A stretch of DNA of 64,000 nt, taken from NCBI RefSeq assembly GCF_037042905.1, contig NC_087249.1, forward strand, positions 8,992,001 to 9,056,000, given 5' to 3'. Position numbers and translations under genes: made by a program. Below, piece by piece: positions 37,601 through 48,270 of the stretch. The stretch comes from Lytechinus pictus (Eukaryota). Numbering within the stretch: the stretch's first letter is position 1; each line of letters starts with the position of its first letter. The notes beneath the pieces were generated by a model. That model saw nothing but the letters and a program-made list of their open reading frames with translations, was not told the origin of the DNA and made no database searches.

Positions 37601-38138
37601 ATTAATGTCAGGGTTTAGCCATGTCTCTGTAAAACATATTATACTCGAATTCCGGAAATCATTAATGTACCTTGTTAGGGCTTGAATCTCATCCAGTTTA
37701 TTGTACAGTGAACGGACGTTGCTTAGTGTAATTGCAGGTAATGGGGGTCTGTTTCCCCTTTTCCGAATTCTGTTGCGGATCCCTCCGCGTTTCCCTCTCC
37801 GCTTTTGCTGAGGTATGCCATTATCATCCTCGCGGGTCGGTGTCCATTCTGGGAGATTCAATGGGCTAGACTTGGACGTTGTGTAGTCGGCTAGGTAATA
37901 CAAGTATTCTCGCGAATACTTGATAGTAGTAGTCTGTCCGGGTGATGCATATACATGACTATTTTGTGGTAGAACGATTACGAAAAGTAGCACAAAACAT
38001 ACCCAGATGCACGAGATGGATTTGACGAACATGATGACATAAACATAACTTCAAAGACAAATCACGAAATCCAGAAAATAAGCGACAAAAACAGAGACAA
38101 AATACCATGTAACAGGTCGCCGTAGTACAGCGCCCTCT
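34655..38138 (-). mobile_element. Apparently full-length Rex1/Babar-type non-LTR retrotransposon
   Basis: Single intact APE+RT ORF, ~100-nt 5' leader and ~445-nt 3' UTR. The 3' UTR ends AATTTCC...GGACAATAAA followed by short tandem CCTTATGAA repeats. ATTAA occurs at both junctions. Confidence 0.9.
35099..38032 (-). CDS. LINE ORF: apurinic-like endonuclease + reverse transcriptase (Rex1/Babar-like), 977 aa
   Basis: APE motifs (NVRSL, CFTETWL, GGGICLYVN, GDFNH, SDH). Rex1-typical RPFYLPREF and RRGKRGG. RT motifs (KASGPD, YRPVALTS, LFVDFSSAFNTI, GSPQGCVLS, KYADD, FKYLG). No stops or frameshifts. Confidence 0.97.
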   Translation of the reverse strand: MFVKSISCIWVCFVLLFVIVLPQNSHVYASPGQTTTIKYSREYLYYLADYTTSKSSPLNLPEWTPTREDDNGIPQQKRRGKRGGIRNRIRKRGNRPPLPAITLSNVRSLYNKLDEIQALTRYINDFRNSSIICFTETWLNPDINDDCIRIDGFNVARLDRSFQQTKKRRGGGICLYVNDRWCTNFTIKNSICNENLEMLCVSLRPFYLPREFPQVHLFLVYIAPDANQNEAEQLIQNKVREMEAESPDSPKIVLGDFNHCRLEAMLPNYCQVIDKPTREGNILDRCYCSVKDSYKTVVRPGIGLSDHNVIHLLPKYRQKLKTQKVQKRVVQVWNNETIDNLKTCFQITDWNVFFEASDDINEITSAVNDYIVFCQDLHIQSKTIKVYPNSKPWITKDIKGIIKARKEAFDAGDRLIVKSFHARLRQEINRAKRDYRRKLENHFQNNNPRAAWQCLQSMTDYVPKRDQSLANVDDPFKIANELNRFYGRFDTHNFSDIIDGQIAELTDSRDDTVKIKERDVLVQFNRINPRKASGPDLITGKVLRNCSRELALPFCVLFQMSLDKQVIPLCWKSSIVIPVAKKPRPSEHNDYRPVALTSIAMKCLERIILKYILQPIKHLVDPHQYAYQPKKSVQDAILYLTHILCKHTDEKKSYARTLFVDFSSAFNTIQPHRLVEKLKCLDVKPSLILWLTDFLRNRIQRVRVQDALSDPIVTNTGSPQGCVLSAILFVLYTNDCRYLSQNVSILKYADDTVIVGLIKECELEYLNCVKWFTDWCNDNFLDLNATKTREMIFDFRNNKQVEPSDCRVRINEEEIEIVHKFKYLGTIIDDGLKWGDQCNSIYKKAIQRMYFIRKLKSFHVDRTIMVLFYRSLIESILIFDCVVWFTSCRKKDLNILCRMVRQAEKITGHDLNLTDVCRNRILEKAKEILYNNDHPLNVNYERMRSGNRLRSARCRTNRFLNSFVPSSIRMLNEEGIM

Positions 38139-39420
38139 ATTAAAAACTTAAAAACATAACTTTCTTATTCTGCATCCGATTTTAATGAATTTTTGTGTGC
38201 TATGCTTGTTGGATTTTTCTCTTTTCATTTAAATAATCTTTTTGTTGGGGTGGACTTGTCCTTTAAACATAAGAGCAATCAAGTATCCCTGAAAATCCTG
38301 TGCAAGTTTTAGGTCACATGACCAAGGTCAAAGGTAATTTAGGGTCAATGAACTTTGGTAATGTTGGGGGTATTTGTGGAATTATCATCATAACTTTATT
38401 GCTTATTGATCTAGTTCATAAAACATAGACATAAGGGTAAGTATGAATGATTGTTTTGCACACATCTTTATAGGTCACATGATCATGGTCAAAGGCCATT
38501 TTGGGTCAATGGACATAGTAGTTTATTGATTGTTTTCTTTTGGGAATAACTATTCAATAGCTGTTTTTAAAGTCAGCACTGCTGCTATATCAAATTGCGT
38601 AATGCAAGAGACTGACAGAGGCGTTCCACTTGTTACAATTTTAATTTTAATATTTCAAGATAACAATTTGCATTGTGAATGGGACCTTGAACACCAACAA
38701 GAAACATACATTGGTACGCTTCAATGACATGGTCACTCAATAGTGCGGGCAGTGGGTCTGGATCTTGTGCCTGTCATCAAGTACTTTGAAGAAGCAATAA
38801 ACATTTGTATTCCTTGGCTTGTTTTATATGTTTAGGGGGGAGACATATCTATAGGCCTGATATAGTTTTATGATCCCGGTTTCATCTTCACCTCATTTCC
38901 TTTCCATCATTGTCCTGCATTGATCTCGAGCCGTTACCTCACACCCATGATCCAATCTCGTAAAGTATGATGTACGCCAGGGCGAGTGAGCGTAATCCAC
39001 GTCAGCTCTTAAAACTTGATATCCTGACGAATAGCAATGTCTCACTTTATCTGTAAGCCAATATTTTTTGTTGCAAGCTCTCCCCGCCTCCTCCTCCTCT
39101 TCCTCCACCCAGCTGCCTGACCTCTCAGCGCCGAAATTCCAGTGATCAACAACACCGGCATGCCCAGGTCACCAGTGTGAGAGTTTGTTCTACTGGTTGA
39201 GTAAATAATATGTCTGTGCATTTTGTGTTGAGCGGTTTGGTATCACCTTGCATTTCATGTCGAGGTCTCCACCATCAGACCCTGCGTCACAGTCACATTC
39301 AATTATGCATTTATCCTCGCCCCATTCACACAGGGCGAAACGTTGCATGAAAAGTCGTTTGCAAAAACGTTGCGGTTTTATCAGGACGGCATGCGGTACC
39401 TTCGTACAAGTTCAAACCAG

Positions 39421-39640
39421 GGGGTTGTTTCACAAATAATTAAGTATGTCTTAGAGTCGCATTTAAATGTCTTATTACATGCCATTTAAAAGGCATCACC
39501 GCATTGGTCAAATCATGCCAAGGGGATGCGCCCTACTGCTAATGATATTATTAATTAACAAGATTGCTTGTTACATATCATGTGTGCGTCAGCACCAAGC
39601 ATGACCTTAAGTCACACTGAACTCTTTATGAAACACCCCC
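39421..39640. mobile_element. MITE with CAG TSD
   Basis: CAG|GGGGTTGTTTCACAAA ... TTTATGAAACACCCCC|CAG. Confidence 0.8.
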
Positions 39641-39658
39641 CAGTTCTGATTTCAACTG

Positions 39659-39880
39659 GTGGGTGTTTCATGAAGCTGTTCGTAAAGTTACGAAAGACTT
39701 TGCGCACCACTGGAACATGTTCTTAGGTCATAAATCAATTACATAAGGATATCACGCAGGACTGGAACATGTTCTTAGGTCATAAATCAATTACATAATG
39801 ATATCACATAGCACAAGAAAGGATCACCAGTCATTCGTAAAGTCATTCGTATCTTACGAACAGCTTTATGAAACATCCAC
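39659..39880. mobile_element. MITE, TGTTTCAT.AAGCTGTTCGTAA family (copy 3) with an internal 52-bp-period duplication
   Basis: TIR GTGGGTGTTTCATGAAGCTGTTCGTAA / TTACGAACAGCTTTATGAAACATCCAC. ACTGGAACATGTTCTTAGGTCATAAATCAATTACATAA.GATATCAC occurs at 39709 and 39761. Confidence 0.9.
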
Positions 39881-40879
39881 CAGGAATCTTGCTGAGTGTC
39901 CATGGACAAGACAATTCGGGGGTGGGGGAATCAGGAAAGTTCATAAGGTACATGTACTATTAAATGGAAATGTAAAAAGTGGATGGCTTGATAAAGAAAT
40001 ATATCTGTTTGTTTGTGTTGTCCATTTTCTGCTGTAGGCCCTGTAGCTATGTTGCATGACTTAAAATTATAATGGCATATTTTAAAATTTTTGGTACAAG
40101 AATGTACCTGTTATATTTAAAAAATTTTTGGTACAGGAGTCCCTCTGTTGGCCTACATGAACTACCCCTAAATATTGAGTTGTTTATGGACTTTATAAAA
40201 TAATGATATGGATGCTAATTAAATGATTGACTGAATCTGTCATGTGACCAGGCATTATTTTTAATAGCTAACAGGCAAATTTGCTTATGACCAGTACTAA
40301 TGACTGGTTCTACATGTATTGACCAGTCATGGCTTTAAGTCGAGGATATTTGATCAAATAACAAGGATCCACATATCATACCTTTACCTTGTACTTTACA
40401 TGTGGAATAGTTCAAATGGGTAACTGTTCCAAAGGTATCCTGTGCATCTGTGCATGTATAATTCTTACTATTGCCCTGGATGATGTGCATTATATTTATA
40501 CTAGTAAATTGTAAGGCCAAGGGAACTATATATCAAGCCTTACATTTGTATTTCATTCAAAGTAGGGGGAGGGGTTGATTGTTGATAATTTGATCTCCAG
40601 TGCTTTGGTCAATTTACCAGTGTAAATCGGGTGAATTTCGTGTGAGAACGTTATATTTGAGAAACCATATCATGTCTGCTCGGTAAGACTAGCTTTTGTC
40701 ATGTCATTATGTAGTACAAGTATGTAGATAGTATCCCATTGCTTGGTGTGTGTTAATGTTTGTCAAGTGCAGTGTGTGCAGGAGCACTCCGAGCTATGAT
40801 ATGAATGTGTGTGTGTGGGTGGGTGTGTGTCAACTAGTCCCTATAATGCTGAACCAACAGGCAGGAAAGCACGCTCTTT

Positions 40880-41283
40880 ACACTCACCTCATACACTCAC
40901 ACACACACACACACACAAATGTTCGCTGCTCCATTTGTGCATGATTAGTTACAGTACACTTTGCCCAACCAATTCCCCCAGCTGGTGGTGAGAGGGGGAG
41001 AGAGAGGGAGAGAGGGGGGAGAAGAGGAAGCGCGACAACTCTTGCCAACCCATACATCCACCCGCGACGGGACGGTGGACACTGGTGAATTATCGGGTAT
41101 ATTTGCGTCAGGACGTCTTGTCGTCATCAATTCTGTTCGTGCGCTTCTCAGGTTTGCTTGTGCTCCGGCAGCTCTTGATATTTGGATTAGCGTGGAAACA
41201 TACATTAACTGGAGTATCTAATTCATACATGGACTTCCTTTCAATTCTTGGATTGTGTATCACGTGCTAGTCTTTGTTGAAAG
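40880..41283 (+). promoter_or_regulatory. Candidate promoter and non-coding first exon
   Basis: (CA)n tract, GA-rich run at 40990-41030 and a CpG-containing segment ending at the donor-like AAG|GTAAAT (41283/41284). Confidence 0.35.
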
Positions 41284-42032
41284 GTAAATATGGATATTAT
41301 TTTTTAACACTCATCAATAAGCAATTGAATCAGATGATCTGACACCCCCCCCCCCCCCTCTGTTTAAATTTCTGAGTCAAATGTTTTTCAAATCAACATT
41401 GCTTTTTGTTCACAAGTTTGGAAACAATGACAGTTAAAAAGTCGATACGCAGCATGGCATCGCGATGCCACGAGGGACATGTCACATGCTGAGGGCTATG
41501 TCTATTATGACGCCCCCCCCCCCCGTTGTACTTTAAAGGATGTTAATCAGTATTTCAATACATTTGTACGATTGAACAATTCTCAGTGTTTACCTTTGAT
41601 CAATGCATGCCGTATAGTTAGTTAATAAATATCCAGACATGTTTGAAAACTATGTGTGACTTTGTGCTTCACATTTCCCATGTGTTGACGTCTGTTACAA
41701 TTGTGTATGTCATGGTGATGGGAAGATTTTTTTTCTCCAATTGGACTTTGATTCTTTCAATAGAATTCAAAACAAAACCACCCCCTCCAGGTTAAGTGAT
41801 ATGATGGCTCTTCGGTCTGGGAATATTTATTCCTTTGCTTTTTTAAAGATCCAGATAATCGTTACATAAACCTTGTTGACCCTTTAAAAGTTCCTGGATC
41901 GGACCTTAAGTGAAATTATGTGTCTGGGCCGGGCCCTTCTTGGCGTAAAAATAACCCTCAAATTTCGCATGATTTACTAAGAAGCTAGAACAAGTAATAG
42001 TTGACCAATGTGTATATATAGACTATATAATA

Positions 42033-42344
42033 GGGGTGTCGTGGTCTAGTGGTTACGACTCTTGTCTCGCAACCAGAGGGACCTGGGTATGATTCCCAGC
42101 AATGGCATGTTTTCCTTCAGCAAGAAATTTACCCACATTTTGCTGCACCTGACCCAGGTGAGATGAATGGGTACCCAGCAGAATTAATTCCTTGAAATGC
42201 ACTGAGTGCTGAAAGGCTGCTTGAGCTATCGTGGGTAATAACAATGATAATAATAACAATGTGCCTCGGAATAGATTATTTCTAGATAGATGTCGCAGTG
42301 TGAATGCCTATTATAAGTATCATTGTTATTGTTATTATAATTAT
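42033..42344 (+). mobile_element. tRNA-derived SINE (head H2, tail C)
   Basis: Head GGGGTGTCGTGGTCTAGTGGTTACGAC, the same core as the other copies, and a distinct tail. Confidence 0.85.
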
Positions 42345-42753
42345 AAGGTTTTCTATATAAAGCTTTTTAAACCTACTGTCCATTAAAAGTCTTTTTCACT
42401 GTTTTGCAACTTTGCAAGTTGATAATCAAATTTTTTTTTGTGAGAGTATCAATGACAAAATTGCTTTCACAGTTAGTTGTGTGACGGCTTGCGATCAATT
42501 AGTTATGATATCACTCCTATAATCTTAATTGCTGCAAATAGTCACAAAACCAATTGTGAAAGCTCCTTTATTTACAAATATTTATTTGAGAGGCAGCACT
42601 ACTGTCTATTTTGGAGTAAGGTTAATTGAGACGATAGCCTTCATGTCGTGTTCAAGAATGATTAGTACAAGTATCTTGTTTGCCACTTACTGGGTAGCTT
42701 TAATATAGGAATTATCAACAGCCTTGATGTCCGTGATAAGCCTAGTGGATCTG

Positions 42754-42889
42754 GGAAGTGTTGTCTGGAGCATCTTGCCAGTGATTTTGATTGACAAATG
42801 TGCTCTTAGCCAATCAGATGCAAGGATTTCAGTATCTTATAACGGATAGTCAGTGAAAATCACCAACTTGCTGTTTCATGAAATCTGCC
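42754..42889. mobile_element. Short MITE with CCAAT core and CTG flanks; relatives at 51058-51193 and 52746-52856
   Basis: Shared core AGCCAATCA....AAGGATTTCAGTA.CTT.TAAC and ATGAAA...CC|CTG right ends. Confidence 0.7.
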
Positions 42890-43728
42890 CTGTTGCTTTG
42901 TTTATTCATGGCTTCTTAAAAGATATGTGTCGAGTTAGCAGTTTATCTAAAGACTCATCTATTATTTACTGTAGTAGGCCTGTGTTTTGCTGAATATGCT
43001 CTTTGTTTGAACATTGCTTATGGCTTCAGTTTTTGCAATATTTGATCATTGACTTTATTTTGCTCCTCTATTTGCCTGATAATATTATTTTTTTAGACTG
43101 AATTGTATCTTGGTTCTATATACTGAACTATGCATAGTCAGTGATTATACATTTAAATATTGAATCTGAGTTTATACCACCTTCTATTAATCTCTTGAGT
43201 ATGTGTTGAATATTTTCTATTATATCCCTTACTTAAGATTGTTGTATTGAGAGTGTACACAAGGAGAAAAAGAATAGTTTTACTACGAAAAAACGTTTGC
43301 CATGAAATAGTTCATTTTCCTTGCTGACGTCACGCATAGTCCTTTTTTTCCCTAGGGAAAAGTGAACAATACGTTTTTTTGACCCCCCCTACCTCTATTC
43401 TCGCGAGCTGTGCGGCGCGATGCGAGCAGAGCGCTGCTCAGCCCAACGGTACTCTTCACTGCATGCCACGGGAAACTTTCGGCAAGCTGCACTAACCAGG
43501 TGCGCTCGCTGAACAGACGATCCATACGGCAAGGCTTATTATTTTCTCAACTTATTGATTGTTCTATATCGACTTATTAAAAATCTTTTCGCTGTAAAAG
43601 TCAGGTATCAACGAAGAATATATTAGTGGAAGGGATATAAAACAAATATACAATGACCCATTCTCGGAACAGGCTAAAACTATTCGCACTCAGGAACATC
43701 ACATAGTGATGTTCAGGAACATCACGTA

Positions 43729-44625
43729 AGGCGGTGCTGCACCATCCCGAGTTTGCTCAATCTCGAGATTTTAGCCCGATCAGCCCTCTTCGCGATTAAT
43801 CTCGAGATTCAAGAAACCCCGTCTGCACCATCCCACGAGGAGCTATATCTGCTCGAGCGAGGCAACAAGCCCGATATTCCGGGCATGCGCACTTTCGGAT
43901 CTTGGAGTTTCAATGGCCCGCGCTTTTGAATAACTTCCCGCGATATGCAAGCAATGAACTCCTTTCACTAGTACTTTTGCCGAATTCAACCGGTGTTATG
44001 CAACAATCCTTTCAGCTCAGCGAGTGAAGAAGTGATGTATTCTTCGTGAAATATGATGGCGGAGTAGGAGGCAACGACAGAGAGAGAGAGAGAGAGGGAG
44101 AAGGAGGAAAGAAATGCTATTTGCTCACATTTTGCGAAGGAATAAGACAACACTGCTGTCAGTGTTGTTATTGAATATGACCATCGTCGATGCGATGAGC
44201 GCCTCCCCCTTCGGTCTGGTCTCTCCCGGGGTCTCTCCCAAAATCCATTCACTGGTGGGGACACCATCGTTGCTTATGAACGCTATTCGCATGTGTAAAG
44301 TTGACTTTCGCACGTGTTTATGTTTTGACCAAGGCGGAAGTGGAACGCGAATTGCATTATGGACTGACGTCATGAATAAATTACCCCGAGTCCAATCTCG
44401 AGTGCGTCTGCACCGACGAATTAGCGGGATAATTCGTAAAATAGCGCGCTATTTTGCAAATAAACCCGAGTTGACTTGGGATTGCAATCTCGAGATTAAT
44501 CCTACGAACTAGCGCGATAATTGCGTCTGTACCGTCAACTATCTCGAGATTTTTCAGATCGGGATAATTTGCCGGATCAGAAATAGCGCGCTAATTTGAA
44601 ACTTCGGGATGGTGCAGACGGCCCT
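43729..44625 (+). mobile_element. PIF/Harbinger-like internal-deletion derivative with 3-bp GTA TSD
   Basis: GTA|AGGCGGTGCTGCACCATCCCGA ... TCGGGATGGTGCAGACGGCCCT|GTA. Repeated ATCTCGAGAT palindromes and a decayed transposase N-terminus. Confidence 0.85.
43945..44271 (+). pseudogene. Decayed N-terminus of a Harbinger-type transposase
   Basis: Reading through stops and frameshifts gives MQAMNSF..AEFNRCYATILSAQRVKK..WRSRRQRQR...LLSVLLLNMT..SVWSLP..KSIHWWDTIV, resembling the VWxxPRSxxWW motif of Harbinger transposases. Confidence 0.5.
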
Positions 44626-46137
44626 GTAGTGATGTTCAGGAACATCACATAGTACTATTCTCCCTCGGGCCGATGGCCCTCAGGAGAATAGTACTATGTG
44701 ATGTTCGTTCGATGCGAATAGTTTTAGCCAGATCCTCGAGTGTCATCGTATATTTGTATACTATCAACCTTTCAGGTGTTCATAGGATCCAACCACAAGA
44801 AAAGGTTGTGAAAAGGTGTTATGTATCTAGGCCTACCTATATATATAGGATCATGGACTGGTCCATTACAAGTCATTTAACTTTGTTGATGTTGTGGTTT
44901 GGCCACCAATATAGTCTTGAATTCAGACATGTGTCTAAATATTTCATGGTTATTTTAAAGTTCAATAGTATGACTCGGTCACCAGACTTCCAAGTAGCCC
45001 AGCCTATTTCTCCTATTCCTATTGGATATCGCTATTTCTGAGGATGACGTCAGTCATCGAACCACGTTCTTGCAAAGTTACAGATAATTTTACACTCCTT
45101 GTGTGAGAGGAGAGATGGGGGGAGTCTGTTTGAAAGGGGTTTGGGATCATAGACTAGCTGATGAAGTGTATCGCTGTAAAGGATCTGTGAGAGGGTTATC
45201 TTATCAGTTTATCCCTGGGGGCAGTCTGGTTTTTATAGCCCCTCACAGCTTGATGGTATCTTCAATGTTTACAAGAATTCCCCCCAGTCAAGGTAAATTT
45301 GCACTGACCTTAATTACCTGACCTTGTTCAGGGTCAGTTAAGGACACAAGAGACCCTGGTTGCTGGTAGGTTTGGGGGAAATGGTGAGGGGGCGAATGAG
45401 TGGGTGATTTACAGGAAAGGGATAGGAAGCTATCGGTAGTCTTGGAAGCTCTACCTCTTTCTGTCAACTGTGGATATGGAATTTCGAATTTTAAAATGCG
45501 TGGGCCCCTCCCACTCTTTCTTCATCCATTTCCCATTGCGATTTGTTTCTTCTTATTTTTAATATTCATTTTCCAGAAATAATTCCTTCCATATCAAAGC
45601 TACGTTGTAGGCCCACAACTTGACTATTTCATTTTCACTTCTTTTCCAGTTTCTTTTTCAGTCTCCCTGTTTCCTTTTATTCAGTTGATGTTTCTTTTCT
45701 CATCACTCTTTATTTATTCATACCTATCACCTTTGTCCTCAATTTAATTCTTTATTCCCCTGAAATCCTCCCTTTTAATATTTTGCTATCATTTCCAGCT
45801 TTTACATGTACTTTTACATGTATCTCCATTTCTTTCTCTTTGTTGATAATCCTTTTCTCATTTCTCTCTCTCTCTCCACTAAAAATTTAAGTGCTACATA
45901 TTAATGCTGGTGTCTCTTGATTAATTGATGATGATTATGTTCAGTCAATGGTAAATTTATTGTTGTAAATAATTTTTTTTGTTTTGTATAGGTCTTGATG
46001 TAGGCTTTGGTATCTACTTAATCTGGTCTGAACTAGAATAGCCTACTGTACAAACACAAACATTGAAAGTTTTGTATCATTTCCTCGTTACAAGATAACT
46101 TTACCCATTGTTTTCAAATGTGTTTCTTTTTTGACAG

Positions 46138-46376
46138 ATCATTCCTTGTAAATGCCAAAGGCTACTCTCTCATTTCATCATCATTTTGACAGTGTAATCT
46201 GCTTGCAATAAAAGTTTACACAGCGATTTAGATGATGTTGATGGATTTTTTGGCAGGACTGGCTGGAATTTCTAGGAAGTCATTTTGTAGACCCAGGGTC
46301 ATTTCAGGACACTTGGGTTGTGTACTGTCAAAAGGTCATGAGTAACTTCAGCCTTTGCTCAAGGATGGCTCTCAAG
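46138..46376 (+). other. Candidate exon (possible start codon at 46338)
   Basis: Strong acceptor TGTGTTTCTTTTTTGACAG at 46137 and a weaker donor AAG|GTAGTC. ATG-initiated MSNFSLCSRMALK ends in phase 0. Confidence 0.3.
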
Positions 46377-47755
46377 GTAGTCTTGAAAATCAGACCCGCT
46401 TTACAGTGATATCCCCATTCGAGGAGCGACTATATTCAAAATTTAAGATCGACATTCTACCTGTCATAGAATCAACGGAGTGGTGAATTCAGCCATTATT
46501 ACTTTTGAATAGGGAAAATTACACAGGGTCTGGGGGCAATTTGGCCCCCAAAATGCTCAAAAGAGATGAAACTAAAAAAAAGAGCCCTGGAATTCCCCAT
46601 TCATCACAGTTTTTAAGCTTATCCAGTGTTGCAGATTTAGGCAGTAAGTTGTGAAAAGTAGCCACTTGAATTTTTTTTACCTCATGTTGAATGTAAATGT
46701 AGAATGTTGGAAGTGTTCACTTTAAAAAATGTGCTTTTGTACCACTTTGCCCTTTGAGCATAATGATTTAATGAACATGTTTTTATTTGAGTGTATGAGT
46801 TAATTATCTTGTTAATTTGTATACAGTGATTTTATTTTAATTCACAGAATATAGTAGCAGTATATTTTTCTATAAAAAAAGAAGATTACATTATGTTTGT
46901 ACCGACCAGCCTTTGGTATTAATTGATAATAACAGATTAAATGAAATATGTTTTTATGGTTTATGTAATGATTTTGAGGGCCCAATATGACTCTTATTGT
47001 GGAGATTACCCTTTACAAAATAACAATATATTTTGTATTTATTGGGCCTACATGTGTTTCTGCAACAGCTTTATAGGTATGTGCAACTTTGAAGAAAAAG
47101 TCAATTGCAGTGAAAAAAAATGATAGGATTTAGAGGGTGTTTAAATTTACAAGTGATTTAGTATTTTTTTAAACAAATCAATTCAGCAATGCAATTGCTG
47201 TTGTGGATGCAATAAGCAGACCATCAATAAATTATAGTTTGCAACTTTCGATTGATCTTAGACCTAAAATTGACTTGTGATCAATTGCAAGTATCTCCTT
47301 GCGACACCCCATTAGATTGAGAGGGAGAGTAGGAGAGAACATGGAAATGAATTGGAAGGATTACATCCCTACCATAAATACCTGCATGCATTGCATTTGA
47401 ACCTACATAATTATCAACCCTAATGTAATGTAGAGGCCTATTCGTGATTTCCTGGTGTGATGTGAAATGATAGCTGTCGGTGCATGAATCAGTTGTTGAC
47501 ATGCCAGACGTGTCACCGTAGACGGTGGAACGGTTAGGAAAAGAGGGGGTAGAGTTGTATACTTGCAGATACGTTAAACGTATCCTGTGAACATGGTAGA
47601 ACATGCCGAGTGTCCATGCATGCGTGTGCACGGTGGATGCCATTGGGCAGGCCTGCGGCGCTTAGCGACAACCGATCGCTTGTTTGCGATGGAGTAAGCT
47701 CCCTTGGACCAGCAGCCATGTTGAGAGATCATTGAAGATGGCATTTTGAAAACAA

Positions 47756-48270
47756 ACAAGAGGGAGAAAGAATGAAAGACAAAGATACAGACAGACAGAG
47801 TGGGAGAGAGGGGAAGAGAAAGAGGGAGAATAGAAGACATACAGACTACAGAGAGAGAGACTGTAAGAGAGAGAAAGAAAAATAAACAGAGAGAGAGTGT
47901 GTGTGTTAGAAAGAGGGAGGAAGAGAAAGAGGGAGAGTGAAAGACATACAGAGAGCAAGAGTGAGAGAGATAGAAGGAGAAATGAGAAAGAAATATAAAC
48001 AGAGAGAGAAATGGACTCTGTATAGGACTGTTTTGAGAAAGAACAAGAAGATTCCAGAGATTCATTGGAGATCGATAGGATAGCGCCATAAACCCTTTAG
48101 ACAACAAGTAAACAACGAGAAGAGATTTTGAATAATTTGGGAGTTACAGACACCTGTCATGGAGTCATGAAATTAAGACATTCAACTGAAAAAATACTAA
48201 TTAAGGAAGATGAGAAGGGAAAAGAAAGAGAGAAAGAAAGAGAGTGTGGAGAGACAGAGGGGTAGAGGGC
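47756..48270 (+). repeat. Degenerate GA-rich (polypurine) tract
   Basis: Long AG/GA low-complexity sequence. Confidence 0.85.

Larger units (their letters stand above)
34254..38262 (-). mobile_element. TTAA-flanked Kolobok-like MITE split by the LINE (pieces 34254-34654 and 38141-38262)
   Basis: Both pieces are colinear with the intact copy at 54016-54623. Right terminus GGGGTGGACTTGTCCT|TTAA; the left terminus is deleted. Confidence 0.85.
34031..38634 (+). mobile_element. Helentron-associated (HINE/DINE-1-like) non-autonomous element, interrupted by nested insertions
   Basis: 5' TTTT-GTCTCGCCTGCA..GCGAGAC hairpin and a GACGGCG/CGTCGTC segment. Central repeats containing GGTCACATGAC.AAGGTCAAAGGTCA lie on both sides of the insert. 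3' end ATGCA..GAGACTG.CAGAGGCGTTCCACTTGTT; the same 3' end occurs at 61087-61192. Confidence 0.7.
43636..44760. mobile_element. Palindromic (foldback) non-autonomous element, interrupted by a Harbinger-like insertion
   Basis: ACAAATATAC.ATGAC...GGCTAAAACTATTCGCA...GAACATCACATAGT is matched in inverted orientation at 44690-44760. Central hairpin TATTCTCC..GGGCC...GGCCC..GGAGAATA. The element may extend left to ~43270. Confidence 0.7.

Noticed and set aside
47574..48107. 177-aa Ser/Leu-rich ORF
   Set aside because: Translation of the reverse strand of a GA-rich low-complexity tract.
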